From Callorhinchus milii (taxonomy: Eukaryota): 64,000 nt of DNA. Both the position numbers and the translations under genes were made by a program. Shown here in pieces: positions 51,998 to 64,000 of this stretch (the stretch's first letter is position 1; each line of letters starts with the position of its first letter). The stretch covers positions 57,600,001 through 57,664,000 of the forward strand of contig NW_024704742.1 of the NCBI RefSeq assembly GCF_018977255.1, in the 5' to 3' direction. The notes beneath the pieces were generated by a model, which did not search any database, was not told the origin of the DNA, and saw nothing but the letters and a program-made list of their open reading frames with translations.

Positions 51998-52419
51998 ACT
52001 TCAATCCTTAAGCTTGCAGGAGATGCTCAGTCACAGTGAGCCCATGTCAGAAATTTACTCCTCCTGGAGGTGGTTTTATAACAGATTTTCTTTTCTAATA
52101 ACTAATTGGGAGAAGTGCAGTAATGTTCATTAAACATTTTAATCGTTTCCCATTTTTTATGTATCATGTCAGAGGCCATTTTATAGACTACACTAAAGTT
52201 AAAAGAAACTAAAAACAAATATTAATCGCATGTTATTCATTGATAAATTCAAAAGATAGAATCCATGCAACTGGGGGATAAAAAGTTTCCATCTAACTTT
52301 GATAAGTATTTCAATGTGATGTTGGCGTAAGCAAGTTAATCCATGAGTAAGAGGAGGAATTAGGACTTTCTGGGACTGACACCTGTTACAGTAAGAGTCT
52401 TCCCACTCAGCTCCTCATA

Positions 52420-54590
52420 AACAACAACAAAAAAATTACATTTGATTAGCGCCTTTCACGTCGACAGGACGTTCCAAGGCGTTGGACAATCAGAGTTTCG
52501 GAACCGGGATTGGGGAAGGTGGAAGGCAGTGGGGGAAGCACAGTGATTGTGTTCAAATCCATTCACTCCCTGGCACCTCCCTACTTCTTCGACCTCCTCA
52601 CTCCCCAGTCCACCACCCGGCGCCTCTGCTCGACTGGCATGGCCTCCTGCTCGTGCCTCGCACTCTCCGCTCCACCATCGGTGGACATGCTTTCAGCCAC
52701 TACGCCCCAAAACTCTGGAACACACTCCCTCAATTCCCCGCCTTGCCCCCTCTCTCCCCTCTTTCAAGTCCCGCCTGAAAAATGTCCTGTTCGATCGTGC
52801 TTATGGCCACCTCCTCCCTTTCCCTGGCTCGGAGTCAGGCTCCACCACTGTTAAGTGCTCTGAGATGCTACCCTGTATGGAGGACGCTATATAAGTGCAA
52901 GTTGTTGTTGATCGAATGCACAGTTGAAGAGGAGGGTCTTGAGATGGGTCTTGATGGAGGCAAGGGAGGGGGCGACGCGGAGGGACTGTGGGATAGGGTT
53001 CCAGAAGGTGGGGGCAGAGTGGCAGAAGGCCCTCGGTCTTGTTGACATTCAATTCAAGAAAGTTAGCTCTCATCCAGGACTTGATGTCTTGCAGACATTC
53101 TGTCAGGACAGCAGTGATCCTGGAGTCATGGGTGAAGGCAGAGAGGTAGAGTTGGGTTATCTTCTGCATACATGTGGAAGTTGATCCCATGTTGGCGGAT
53201 GAGGGAGCTCTGGTCACCGATGGACAGAATGTCATTTATTACTTTGACCAGGGTTGTTTCTGTGCTGTGGGTGGCATGGAAATCCAATTGGAGAGGTGTG
53301 TGAACGGAGTGGCGGGAGAGGACGGAGCGAAGCTGGAAAGCAACAACTCATTCCAGGACTTTGGAGAGGAAAGGGAGGTTGGAGATGGTGCGGTAGTTTG
53401 AGAGCAGAGATGGGTCTAGGGAAGGTTTTTTAAGGTTAGGAGTGATGACGGCGGTTTTTAATGAGATGGGAACGGTGCCAGTGAACAGGGAGAGGTTCAT
53501 GATGTCTGTGAGTAGAGGGGCAAGGAGGTGGAGCTGGAAGATAAGGAAAGGGGTAGGGATGGGGTCGAGGGAGCAGGTGATGGGTTTCATGCAGATTATA
53601 GTGGTGGTGAGAGAGGAGGGGAAGACAGGTTCAAAGATGTGGAGGGAGGGATGGGTGGGGCCGGGGTGGGAGGGGGACATGGTGAGGAGCTAACAGATAG
53701 AATGGCAGAGGCAGCTGGTCGGATCCCCTAAACTTTGAATTCGAGGAAGTCCAGCATTTCCTCGCCTTTGGCATTGGAAGTGAGGATGGGCGAGGCGTGA
53801 GAGGGTGGGCGGAGGAGACAGATGTTGATGGAGAAGAGGAGCCTGGTGTTGTCCTTGGCCTTCAAGATTGTCTTGGAGTAGAACGATGATTTAGTGATGG
53901 TGAGGGCGGAGTGGTAGGATTTGATAAGGTCCAGCCAGATCTGCCGATGGACCGTTAAATTCGATTTAAGCCAGCTGCGTTAAGCAGAATGCATCTGTGC
54001 TTTAAGGGAGTGGAGGAGGCTGGTGTACCATGGTGACGTGTGTGTTTAGGAGACGGTTCGGGAAGAGAGGGGAGCAAAGGAATCGAGAGTGGAGGAGAGG
54101 GAGCTGTGGAGAAGAGTGACTGAGGAGGATAGGTCATTGCGGGAGGAAGCCCAGAGGGGAACGAGTTCAGATGACTTCAAGGCACCCGAGAGGGAGGGGT
54201 GTGGAGAGATTTTTTTTCAAGGGTGGTAGGAGATGGAGGTGGATTGGGTGGCGGTGGGGAGAGGGATTGATGAGTTGAGGGAGACGAATTGATGGTCTGA
54301 GATCACTTTATAGATGATGGTGAGGTGCGAGACAGTGAGACTCCGATTGATCACCAGGTCGAGGGGGTGACCGCGAACGTAGGCGGTGGAATGGATGTGG
54401 AGAGAGAGGTTGAGGAAGGAGATAAGGGAGGAGAAGTCAGCAGAGGTAGAGCAGGAGAGGGTGAAGTGAAAGTTGAAGTCGCCTAGGATGAGGAGGCGTT
54501 TGGAGCAGAAGAGGGAAGATAGAAGGCTGGAGATGTTGGGGATTACGGTGGGGCAGGGCAAGCCAAAGTTGTAACAGGGAGAGTGGTACA
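52420..54590 (-). mobile_element. Older L2 LINE, internally deleted (EN and RT remnants)
   Basis: [28 protein letters not shown] and [14 protein letters not shown] remnants; L2 tail at 52420-52480. Confidence 0.9.
52545..52910 (+). mobile_element. L2 3' fragment (second tail type) nested in the older L2
   Basis: AFSHYAPKLWNTLP and FKSRLK motifs; tail ending AAGTGCAAGTTGTTGTTG; host L2 resumes after it. Confidence 0.85.
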
Positions 54591-54666
54591 AACTGGACAA
54601 ACAGCGGGAAGCTCGCGAGACAATACTTTTAATGGCAAGCTATACTGTTTTAGCTGGTTAGACTCT

Positions 54667-57514
54667 ACAACAACAACAACAAGATTCCATTTATTGAGCG
54701 CCTTTCACGTCGGGAGGACGTCCCAAGGCGCTGTACAGTTGGGTCAGGACCCGAGCAGGGGGGAAACGGTCAGGGTGAGGGGAGGGAAGGGAGGGAGCGA
54801 GGAGGGGGTAGAGAGTCGAGAGGGGAGCTGAAGGTTCGGTCAAAGAGAAAGGTCTTGAGACCGGCCTTGAAGGAGGAAAGGGAGGAGGCGGCGAAGGCAC
54901 TGGGGGATGGAGTTCCAGAGCCTCGGGGCTGAGAGGCTGAAGGCCCGGCCACCGATGGTAGGGCGGTTGGGGCGGGGGATGTGGAGCAGACCGGAGCCAG
55001 AGGAACGGAGGGTACGGGCAGGTAGGTAGGGGGATAGTAGGTCGGAGAGGTAGGAGGGAGCGAGGCCGTGAATGGCCTTGTAGGTGAGGATGAGGATCTT
55101 GAATTCGATCCTCTGGGGGATGGGGAGCCAGTGGAGGCGAGCGAGGGTGGGAGTGATGTGGTCCTGGTGCGGGACAGTACACGAGCTGCAGAGTTCTGAA
55201 TGACCTGCAGCTTGTGGAGGGAGGTGCCGGGAAGGCCGGCGAGGAGAGAGTTCCCATAGTCCAGCCTTGAGGTGATAAAGGCGTGGACCAGAGTTTCAGC
55301 AGCGTGAGGGGTGAGGTAGTGCCGTAGTCTGGCGACATTCCGGAGGTGATGGAAGGCGGTGCCAGTTGTGGCGCGGATATGAGAGAGAAAGGACAGCTCA
55401 GGGTCGAACAGAACCCGAGGTTCCTGACCGGCTTTGAGAGGTGGAGAGTGCAGCCTTGGATGCTGATGCTGTCAGCGCCTGAGGTGCGGAGGCGCTGACG
55501 TGAGCCAATCAGGAGGGCCTCAGTTTTGCGCACGTTGAGCTGGAGAAAGTTGTCTCTCGTCCAGGACTCGATGTCGGACAGGCAGCTGTCAGGACATCGG
55601 TGGTCGTGGAGTTGAGGGTAGAGGAGGAAAGGTAGAGTTGGGTGTCATCCGCATACATGTGGAAGTTAACCCCATGTCTGCGGATGATGTCACCAAAGGG
55701 GAGCATATAGAGGGTGAAGAGGAGGGGACCGAGGACAGAGCCTTGAGGGACACCGCACGAGACAGTGCGGAGGGTGGAGGAAAAACCATTTGTGGAGACA
55801 AAGTGAAGACGTTGGGAGAGGTACGACCTAAACCACTCAAGGACAGGGCCTTGAAGGTTTAGGTGGGAGGACAAGCGGTGGAGGAGGATAGCGTGGTCGA
55901 CCGTATCGAATGCTGCCGATAGGTCGAGGAGGACGAGGAGGCAGAGGGAGCCCTGGTCACAGATGGTCAGGATGTCATTGGTGACCTTGACCAGGGCAGT
56001 TTCTGTGCTATGGGCAGCACGGAAACCCGACTGAAGGGGTTCGAATAATGAATGGGTGGAGAGGAAAGAGCGCAGCTGGGAGGCGACAACTCGTTCCAGG
56101 ACCTTGGACAGGAAGGGGAGGTTGGAGATGGGCCGGTAGCTTGATAGCTGCGACGCATCAAGGGAGGGTTTTTTTAAGGTGGGAGTGATGGTGGCAGTTT
56201 TTAAGGGAATGGGAATAGAGCCAGAGGAGAGGGACAGGTTGACGATGTCTGTGATATGTGGGGCAAGGAGGTGGAGCTGGGAGATAAGGAGTGGAGTGGG
56301 GATGGGGTCAAGGGAGCAGGTGGTGGGTTTCAGGGATAGGATGAGTTTGGTGACAGAGGGTGGGGAAACGGGTACGAAGGTGTGTAGGGGAGGATGGGTA
56401 GGAGTCGGAGTGTGGGAGGGAAGGGGTGGGTGGTGGGTGGATGTTGGAGGGGAAGTGACCGCGGAGCGAATTCCCTTGATCTTGGATTCAAGGAAATCCA
56501 GCATCTCCTCGCAGTGAAGGTTGGAGGAGATGACCTGCGCGGGGTGGCGGGGGGGACGGAGGAGTTGGGATGTGGTAGAGAACAGTAGCCTGGGGTTGTC
56601 CTTCGCCTCCAGGATTATCCTGGAGTAGAAGGACGATTTGGCCGAGGCTAGAGTGGAGCGGTAGATTTTGAGGAGGTCCAGCCAGATTTGTCGGTGGACC
56701 GTTAGGCCAGATTTGACCCAGGTGCGTTCAGCGGCCCGCACCTGGCTCTTCAGTGAGCGGAGGTGGGTGGTGAACCAGGGGGAGGAGCGAGAGTAGGAGA
56801 CAGTACGGGAGGTGATAGGGGCAAGAGTGTCAAGTGTGGAGGAGAGGGTGTTGTGGAGGAGGGTGAGAGCAGAAGAGGGGTTGGTGAGGGTTGAGGGCCA
56901 GCGGGAGAGGAGTTCAGAGGACTCCAAGGCAGAGGTTAGGGATTGAGGGGGTAACTTCTTCCAGGGGCGGTAGAAGATGGTGGTGGGTCTGGTGGAGGTG
57001 GGGAGTGGGGTGGAGGTGGTGAAGGAGATGAAGCAGTGGTCGGAGACGGCCTTGTCGGTGATGGTGACATCCGAGACACTGAGGCCCCGGGTGATCACCA
57101 AGTCGAGTGGGTGGCCGTGACTGTGAGTGGGGGAGTTGATGTGGAGGGAGAGGTTGAGTGAGGAGAGCAGGGAAGAGAAATTTGAGGAGATTGAGCAGGA
57201 GGGGGTGAAGTGCGGGTTAAAGTCGCCCAGGATGATGAGGCGATCAGAGCAGAGGCAGAGAGATGTGAGAAGTGTTGAGATATCAGAGATAAAGGTGGGA
57301 GAGGTTTTAGGGGGCCGGTAGAGGAGGAGGATTTTAAGTGAGAGGAAGGAGGGGTGGGAGAGGGTGAGGTGCTCAAAAGAGGGGAAAGAACCAGAGGAGT
57401 AGGGGGATAGAGCAAGTGGTGTCCTTGAGATAAGGGCAACACCACCGCCACGGCGGTTGGGGTGAGGGATGTTGTGGGAGGTGTAGCCGGGTGGTGTGGC
57501 CTCCGTGAGGGAGT
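54667..57514 (-). mobile_element. Young 5'-truncated L2-clade LINE (APE endonuclease + RT + 3' UTR), a few frameshifts
   Basis: Open frame from 57509 to ~55585 with EN motifs ([27 protein letters not shown]) and RT motifs ([46 protein letters not shown]). (TTG)n tail, TSD ACTCT (54662-54666 / 57515-57519), CpGs retained. Confidence 0.95.
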
Positions 57515-57759
57515 ACTCTGCAGTACATCAACACACATTCGAGGATCCCAAGTCTTGGCTCTTGTCAACCTGTTCCTAACACATTCTGGAATTAGGTATG
57601 CAAGATGTGTCCCTCTGGGAGTGAGTATACATTACAGACACAGGGAAATTTCCATGTGTAGATGGCATGCATATATGAAACTCTCAGTCTGGTTTGGGTA
57701 CTCATAAGCATGGGGATGGGATTTTTCTGTGTCAAACACCCGGCTGACCAAAAAAAAAG
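57515..57759 (+). mobile_element. Family C 3' part; its 5' part (54592-54666) is separated by the young L2
   Basis: Joining across the TSD restores TAGCTGGTTAGACTCT-GCAGTAC as in 27413-27436. Ends GCTGACC followed by an A run. Confidence 0.85.
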
Positions 57760-59339
57760 TAGTCATGGAGTTGTGTGTGAGTACTAGATAGACTAGGAAA
57801 TGGTACCTGAAAGTCGGGCGCAAAGCATTATACAATATGTAAATGGGCGATGTAGTTTACAGCCAAAACATAATTTTCACCCGGAAATATATACGGTTTC
57901 CACTTAGGCTGAACTGTAAGTTCAGCTTTACAAATTTGATCCCTAGTTCACTTACCTTTTGCCATTCTTTATTTGTAAAAAATAAAACACGTCCTACAGT
58001 GCTTTCTAATATGATAGGATTACCATCATATACTGCATGACCTAAATCACTACAAATACTTCAACAAGGAATGCGGGACCAAAAGATTATCCTTTGCTGA
58101 ACGCTGTTGAGCCATAAGTAAAATGAGTTCCAGCAGTCTCCGCTTAGTCCCCAACAAACCCAGCCACAGCATAAAGCTGTTCCCCAATTGGAGGCTTCAG
58201 CTCAAAAATCATATTGTGAGTGTACAGTGAATGATAATCTCACCTGTTCCAGATTTCACACTTCTATGTCGGATACTAGCCTAAAATTTATTTAAAAAGT
58301 AAACGTTTCCAAAATATTCCACTGAATTAAACCAAGAACATTTATATAGTGCCATTCACTGTCTCGGAGCACTGTACAGTGGCAGGATTGGACTCCGAGC
58401 AAGGGAGAAAGGGGAAGGAGGAGTGACCATAGGAGCAATCAAAAAGGTTGATTTTTGGTGGGATTTTATTTGTTTCAGTAACATTATCCCACCCAATATT
58501 AAAACGTGCAAACTTCCATGGGGGCAGAACAAATCTCAATGAATGAAAAACAATTTTTACTCATGTCAGAAATTTGTCACTTGTACTAAAAGCATATTTT
58601 GATAAAATAAGCATAAGGTGGAGCCAAGTACTATGCAATGGAAGACAAAACTGTTACTTGTTCATACTTTTTTTAAAAATCACACAGTACAAAAAAAATC
58701 CTGCTGAGGACTAAAACTCGGTGAAGCATTTGTGAAGATGCCATGTGCTAAATCCTTTCACAATGCTAGGAGGAGACGGAGTATCCTTAATCTGATACTG
58801 ATTAAAATCCTGGCATTCATTCAAGTAATCGGGACATTAATTTTCAATGCACTGGATGGTAACTAAGTATTAGCTTAAAAGTATTTGAAATACTCTTTTC
58901 TACAATAAGTTGAAGGGAACATAATTTTCTACACCAGCTTCATTACGTGAAGCTGCTGGAAATATAGGACTGACTGGTGATATTCTCCATTTATTTGCAG
59001 CTATTGATCTACTTTTGTACTGACTTCAGACATGCAAAGCTGCTTTATCTGTGCTAATGATTTAGTTTGCCATTTTCCACGTCCTTGTACTAATTATTCG
59101 AGGAATGCAAATCTGTGCTTCACTGATACATTCTTTACTTTGATCTTGGACTATGGGAACAAACAGTTTTAGTATCCTTATCACATGGTCCAAATCTAAA
59201 ACAAATAATTCACAAAAACAATCAGCAACAACAACGTAATAAGGCACAATATCAAATGCAAGGATTATTAGTATGTATGGCTCCACGTGTTCTGGCATTC
59301 AAGTACCTCACCCGATAGCCTTAATTTACATTTGCTGCT

Positions 59340-59640
59340 GCATGCTATGGTAGACCAGTTGACTGAAGGGCTATCGCAGATGAATTTGATCTTGAGCCTC
59401 AGGAAGTCCACATGCAGTAGAATTAGAGAGCGACACTTCAAAATCCTGCACTGGGCCTACCTGACCCCTCATAAGCCTCAAACACGCTGCCCTATCCTGG
59501 AACATGAATGCACACATTTAGCGACGTCCTATATCCAAACCTCCTGGTAGGAAATTCGAGAAGAGCTATGACTGGCCTTGTCACTCCCTCAGTTCCAGCC
59601 AAAGGCCTATGCAGCTGCTGGCTGCACAACAGAATCCTTC
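59340..59640 (+). mobile_element. Possible L1/Tx1-type ORF2 C-terminal remnant
   Basis: CSRIRERHFKILHWAYLTP resembles the motif preceding the zinc finger in fish L1 ORF2. Confidence 0.5.
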
Positions 59641-59869
59641 AGCATGCAACCTAGAAGAACTCTTTTAACCAAGGGAGGTGCATGCATCACGAGGGAGGTG
59701 CACATAACCCGAGGAAGCAGGCAAGTGGGCACACATCGAGGGCTGTAATTATTTGTTGACTCAGAGAGTAAATAATTGCTGGAATAGGTTAAGATGGCAG
59801 GGATGCTGGTGGCTGTCATTGGAAAATAGTAGAGTGGGTCACCAGCTAGGAGGAGTTCAAATGGGACAA

Positions 59870-60232
59870 TAGATCTTCTTCATTCCTACCTCTTCTTGTG
59901 ATCTTGCAAATATGTTGACACACAGCAATTTCCAAAGCAAGCGTGCTGCTTTCTGCTACTCTTAGAGAGTCGCCCCAAACCCCTGGAACTCACTCCCTCC
60001 CTTTCTCAACATCCTTAAACCCCACCTTAAAACCTACCTCTTCAACTGCACCTATGGTCACTCCCCTGCCTCCCTCCCATTCTCCCTTTTCACTTGCTTG
60101 GTGTCCTTGTGAAGTGCTCTGAGACGTTACCCTTCATGAAGTGCGCTTATAATCAACCCTACAAGCGAAAGCCCTAACAGTTAGGGTGGTCCTAGCTGGA
60201 CAAGCAGTGGGAATATAAATGCAAGTTGGTGT
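59870..60232 (+). mobile_element. Degenerate L2 3' end
   Basis: C-rich UTR and L2 tail, split by a 61-bp insert. Confidence 0.7.
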
Positions 60233-61562
60233 AATTGATTTACCAAACATTCAGACATCTGGGAGCCAGGCAAACTCAGCCATCATGTATTAAAACTGCC
60301 TCACAGCACAAGAACAGCAACAATGTGAAGGAACTGAATGGCATAGTGTTGCTAAGGAAACACTTCTTCGGTTGTCGCCTCATTCTCTTCCTTTCAATCT
60401 ATCTGTTGTTTGCTGGGAGTTTCTATCGATGCTAAAACTATGAATCAGAATGTAGAGTGATGTGGTGACAAGCTTTCTGCTCATTTGTTCTGTTTAAAAG
60501 CAGCCTGTGGTAGGGCAAAGATTTGAGAAGCAGAGCACGGATCCACACTTTGTTTTCTGGCATCAGTGCATGAGGGTGGGTACCGTAAAAAATTAATTGA
60601 GCAATGCAGACGGATATGCTGCTGGAAAAGCAAAAGAAAGTCTAAATTATCTTAAGTATAACCAGCATTACAAGGGATTTTGGAGAATATTACTGCTCAC
60701 CCGACATCAGCTCAGGATGTCTCGCGAGCAACAGGATTGTCTAAATCTTCTGTAATACCAGTTATGGGCAGGATAACTTACATTTTTGGAAGCTTTAAAT
60801 TTACTCTTTAAAACCTCTCCTTTAGTGAGTTTGATTGTTCAAGAGAAACAGCATTTGGAAAATGTGTCACTTGCCATTATAATGAATAGCTTTAGTTCAA
60901 AGAAAGCATCAAGGCAGACATGATACCACTGGACACCCGAGTAGTATTTTCTTGGCACAGAGATACATTATGCATCGACTCCCAGTTGTATATAGAGGAG
61001 AGTAAAGCTGGTTGAACCATGGGGAACCAGAGTGACCTCAGACAGCGGGGGGTGGAAAGAGAAAGGATTAGGAAGTAAAAGAAAAAATAGGAATTGAGAC
61101 ATTTCAATTCTCTCTCTCTCTTTCTCTTTTCTTTCTCTCTCCCCCTTTTTTCTCTTCTCTTTCTCTCTCCCTTTGCTGATATCTGATTTCCAGGAGTGAT
61201 AATCCCTTCAAAAAAATATAAAATAATATTAATGTGGTCACTCAATCTATTTGTGGGACACTGCAATGCGCAAATTGGTTGACGTGTTTCGCCCACAAAA
61301 TATACAGTCAATTCACTTTACACTATATTCTGTGAAGCGCTTTGAGACGTCTTGAAGACATGATAAGATGCAAGGATTATTATTATTTCCAGTGAACAAA
61401 TACTGTAACAATTAAAAACGATCACCACAAAGAGAAGAGGTTAAAGCTCATTAGTATATCGTAAAGAACCGAGGCAAAAACAGGCTTTAAAAAATCTCAA
61501 GAGAAGGGAAAAATGCAAACATTTATTTATTCTGCCTGAGAACTTTTACAATTTTTTTCAAA

Positions 61563-62703
61563 GCGAACAAAATACAGAAGGCCACATCTTATTTCTGGTT
61601 AAACCACTTCACATTGTCCAAAACAAAAACATAAGTTGTTGGGAACACTCAGCAGTGGTATGGGAGGAGGTGAAAGGACAGCTATTGTATCTCCTGTGCT
61701 GGCATGGGAAGCTGCCGGGGGGAGGAGAGGAACGTTGGTTGCGATGGAGGAATGAACCAGGGAGTCACGGAGGGAATAGTCCCTTCAGAATGCTGAGATG
61801 GGAGGGGAGGGAAAGATATGTTTGGTGGTTGGATCATGCTGGAGGTGCCGGAAATGGCACAGAATTATTTGTTGGATGTTGAGGCTGGTGGGATGGAAGG
61901 TGAGGTCTAGGGGGATCTTCTACCCCAAACACACTTTTCAAGTGAAACAGCGATTTCCGTGTACTACCACCAATGTAGTTTATTGTATTCGCTGCACACG
62001 ATGTGGTCTCCTCTACACCGAGGAGATCAAATGGAGATTGGATGTCCGATTTGCCGAACAACTCTGTTCTGTCCGGAAGCACAACCCTGAGCTTCCGGTT
62101 TCTTGCTACTTCAACTCTCGCTCCCACTCGCACTCTGACCTCTCCATCCATGGTCTCCTACGCTGTTCCAGTGCGCCACAGTGCAAACTCGAGGAACAGC
62201 ACCTCATTTATCTGCTTGGGACTTTACAGCTCTCAGGCCTCAATATTGATTTCAATAATTTCAGACCATAACAGCTCACCTTCCCCCTCCCCTCTTCTGT
62301 GATCATTACCACATCAACCGGGGCCCCGAACACGTTTTCTCTCGCTGGTCTGCCTATTTTGTTGCAATTTCCGCCCCCCCACCCATTGTTTTGCATTACT
62401 GACATCTCATTTTCCCTGTTTTGTTGCAATCCCCCCCTTTGTTCTGCATCATTAACAGCTCTTTAACCCATCATCCCCTGTCTCTACCCCATTTTCTCTT
62501 TTGTCTTCATTGAACTGCCTCCCCCCTCTCTGTTAGTCCTTAAAAGCCTCTCCCTCCCAACATACCCCAGTTCTGACGAAGGGTCGTGGACCCGAAACAT
62601 TGACTCACTTTCCTTTCTCCATAAATGCTGCCTGACCTGCTGAGTGCTCCCAGCGACTTCTGTTTTTGTTTCAGATTTCCAGCATCTTCAGTATTTTGTT
62701 CAC
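61563..62703 (+). mobile_element. Penelope-like element, 5'-truncated with inversion; GIY-YIG endonuclease remnant
   Basis: 61921-62271 encodes FQVKQRFPCTTTNVVYCIRCTRCGLLYTEE...RFAEQ...KLEEQHLIYLLGTLQLSGLN. 61656-61918 is the preceding ORF part inverted. 61621-61655 is an inverted copy of 62637-62671. Confidence 0.92.
62569..62605 (+). ncRNA. Minimal type I hammerhead ribozyme motif of the Penelope element
   Basis: AGTT-CTGACGA-A-GGGTC(GTG)GACCC-GAAA-CATT-GACT: CUGANGA and GAAA core, 5-bp stem II, 4-bp stem I. Confidence 0.8.
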
Positions 62704-62887
62704 ATTGTTGAAACACATGGTACATAATGAAAAAATAGTGAAACACCAGTGATACACACTGTTCATTTCATTGTTCAACACTGTGCTCTGTGTTTGTATA
62801 ATGTGTGGGAAACTTTTTAGGTAATTTTGCTGACTGACAGTTGTCAGCCTTCCATATCTTACTCTACTAGTCATTTTCATACAGTAT

Positions 62888-63203
62888 GGAGTCTGTAGCT
62901 CAGTGGTTAGGTCACTCGCCTTGCAAGCGAGAAATCTGAGTTCAATTCCAGGCAGGGCGAAACCTTGGGCAAGTTTCCTTACTCCACACGCCTAATACTA
63001 ATTCACTCCAAAAAAAAAAAATTGGTCATTTTCAATCCATGACTGTTTGTGGGACACTGCTGTGTGCAATTGGCTGCTGCGTTTTGCCCACAAATATACA
63101 GTCAATTCACTTTACAGTATATTCCGTGAAGCGCTTTGAGACGTTGAGAAGACGTGAAAAACGCTATATCAAATACAAGGATTATTATTATTATTATTAT
63201 TAT
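62888..63203 (+). mobile_element. tRNA-Ala SINE, short subfamily
   Basis: Full-length match. Confidence 0.92.
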
Positions 63204-63278
63204 GTGCATCAAGACAGTGGAGGTTATTGATACAGTCTGTGTGAGGGGGGGAAAGAGATGGCAAACAACATCCGAGTT

Positions 63279-63542
63279 TAATAATCCTTGCATTTGATGT
63301 AGCGCTTTTCACGTCGGAAGGACGTCCCAAAGCGCTTCACAGAACACACTGTAAAGTGAATTGACTGTAAATTTGTGGGCGAACGCGGCAGCCAATTGCG
63401 CACAGCAATGTCCCACAAACAGTTGTAGATTGAAATGCCAATTTTATTATTGTTTTTGGTTTTGGAGGGATTATTATTAGGCGTGTGGAGTAAGGAAACT
63501 TGCCCAAGGTTTCGCCCTGCCTGGAATTGAACTCAGGTCTCA
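63279..63542 (-). mobile_element. tRNA-Ala SINE, short subfamily, 5'-truncated
   Basis: Reverse-complement match. Further partial copies at ~1572-1690, 21707-21905, 29983-30132 and 61180-61388. Confidence 0.92.
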
Positions 63543-64000
63543 TTCAATCTTACCAAACATGCACAGAAACAAGTGTATTTTCCAGCAGAGGTCACTAGCG
63601 AGAGAACACTAGCTTTTTCTCTTTCATAAAAGTACTGTGTGCCAACTTTTGCTGTCCCGGCTGAGATTTTTTTTTACTTTAGACATCCCCCACCCCATCG
63701 TAGTTTTACTTTTAATAGAAATTATTACAACCACAGTGCGGTAATTTAACTTTTATTTGCTTCATCTGACTACTTTCATAACACATTCCGTATGTGACAG
63801 GTCACCATGTTCGAATCCCTCGTGGGCGGGGGGGTGCGGGAGTGGGGGGGGTTGGTAACAGAACTCATAATTTCAAGGGATCTTTTGGACCCGAATACTA
63901 CTTTGAATGTCAATACCTGAAGGAACGAAAAGCAACATTTAACTCCACCATGCCCTATAAGGAAAAATATTCAATGTTTATTTTAGCAATTGGCTCCTAT

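Noticed and set aside
60172..60186. CCCTAA/TTAGGG as telomeric or telomerase RNA sequence
   Set aside because: A single hairpin within family C; no array and no other telomerase RNA features.
60782..61040. Possible minus-strand exon (pyrimidine tract upstream, GTAAGT donor)
   Set aside because: Weak acceptor, no convincing reading frame and no STOX2 similarity.
1..64000. CRISPR array or prokaryotic/viral system
   Set aside because: No regularly spaced repeat-spacer array; all long ORFs are retroelement-derived.

Overview
Vertebrate genomic DNA. The repeat content (L2, CR1, Penelope, DeuSINE-type SINEs) points to a cartilaginous fish, possibly a holocephalan; this is inference. The only host coding sequence I recognise is the 166-nt first coding exon of STOX2 (37784-37949, minus strand). 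It lies in a repeat-poor island (~36.0-39.6 kb) that probably holds its 5' UTR and promoter. Positions 1-37783 are then the downstream intron; exon 2 is not in the window. Two short ATG-to-phase-1-donor units in this intron (19441-19456, 7056-7080) are candidate alternative first exons. The rest is a dense nested retroelement landscape: a tRNA-Ala-headed SINE, older SacSINE1-like DeuSINEs, many L2 fragments including a young 2.85-kb EN-RT copy, CR1 fragments, a Penelope element with GIY-YIG domain and hammerhead ribozyme, and a 61-bp-TIR element. A further LINE family that I could not assign has about nine 3' fragments; its CCHC zinc knuckle appears only after removing a SINE insertion. Other notable points are a SINE 3' loop that matches the young L2 and a 65-bp copy of STOX2-proximal sequence pasted 4 kb away. 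No CRISPR, rRNA or true tRNA genes. Repeat boundaries were read by eye and are approximate.
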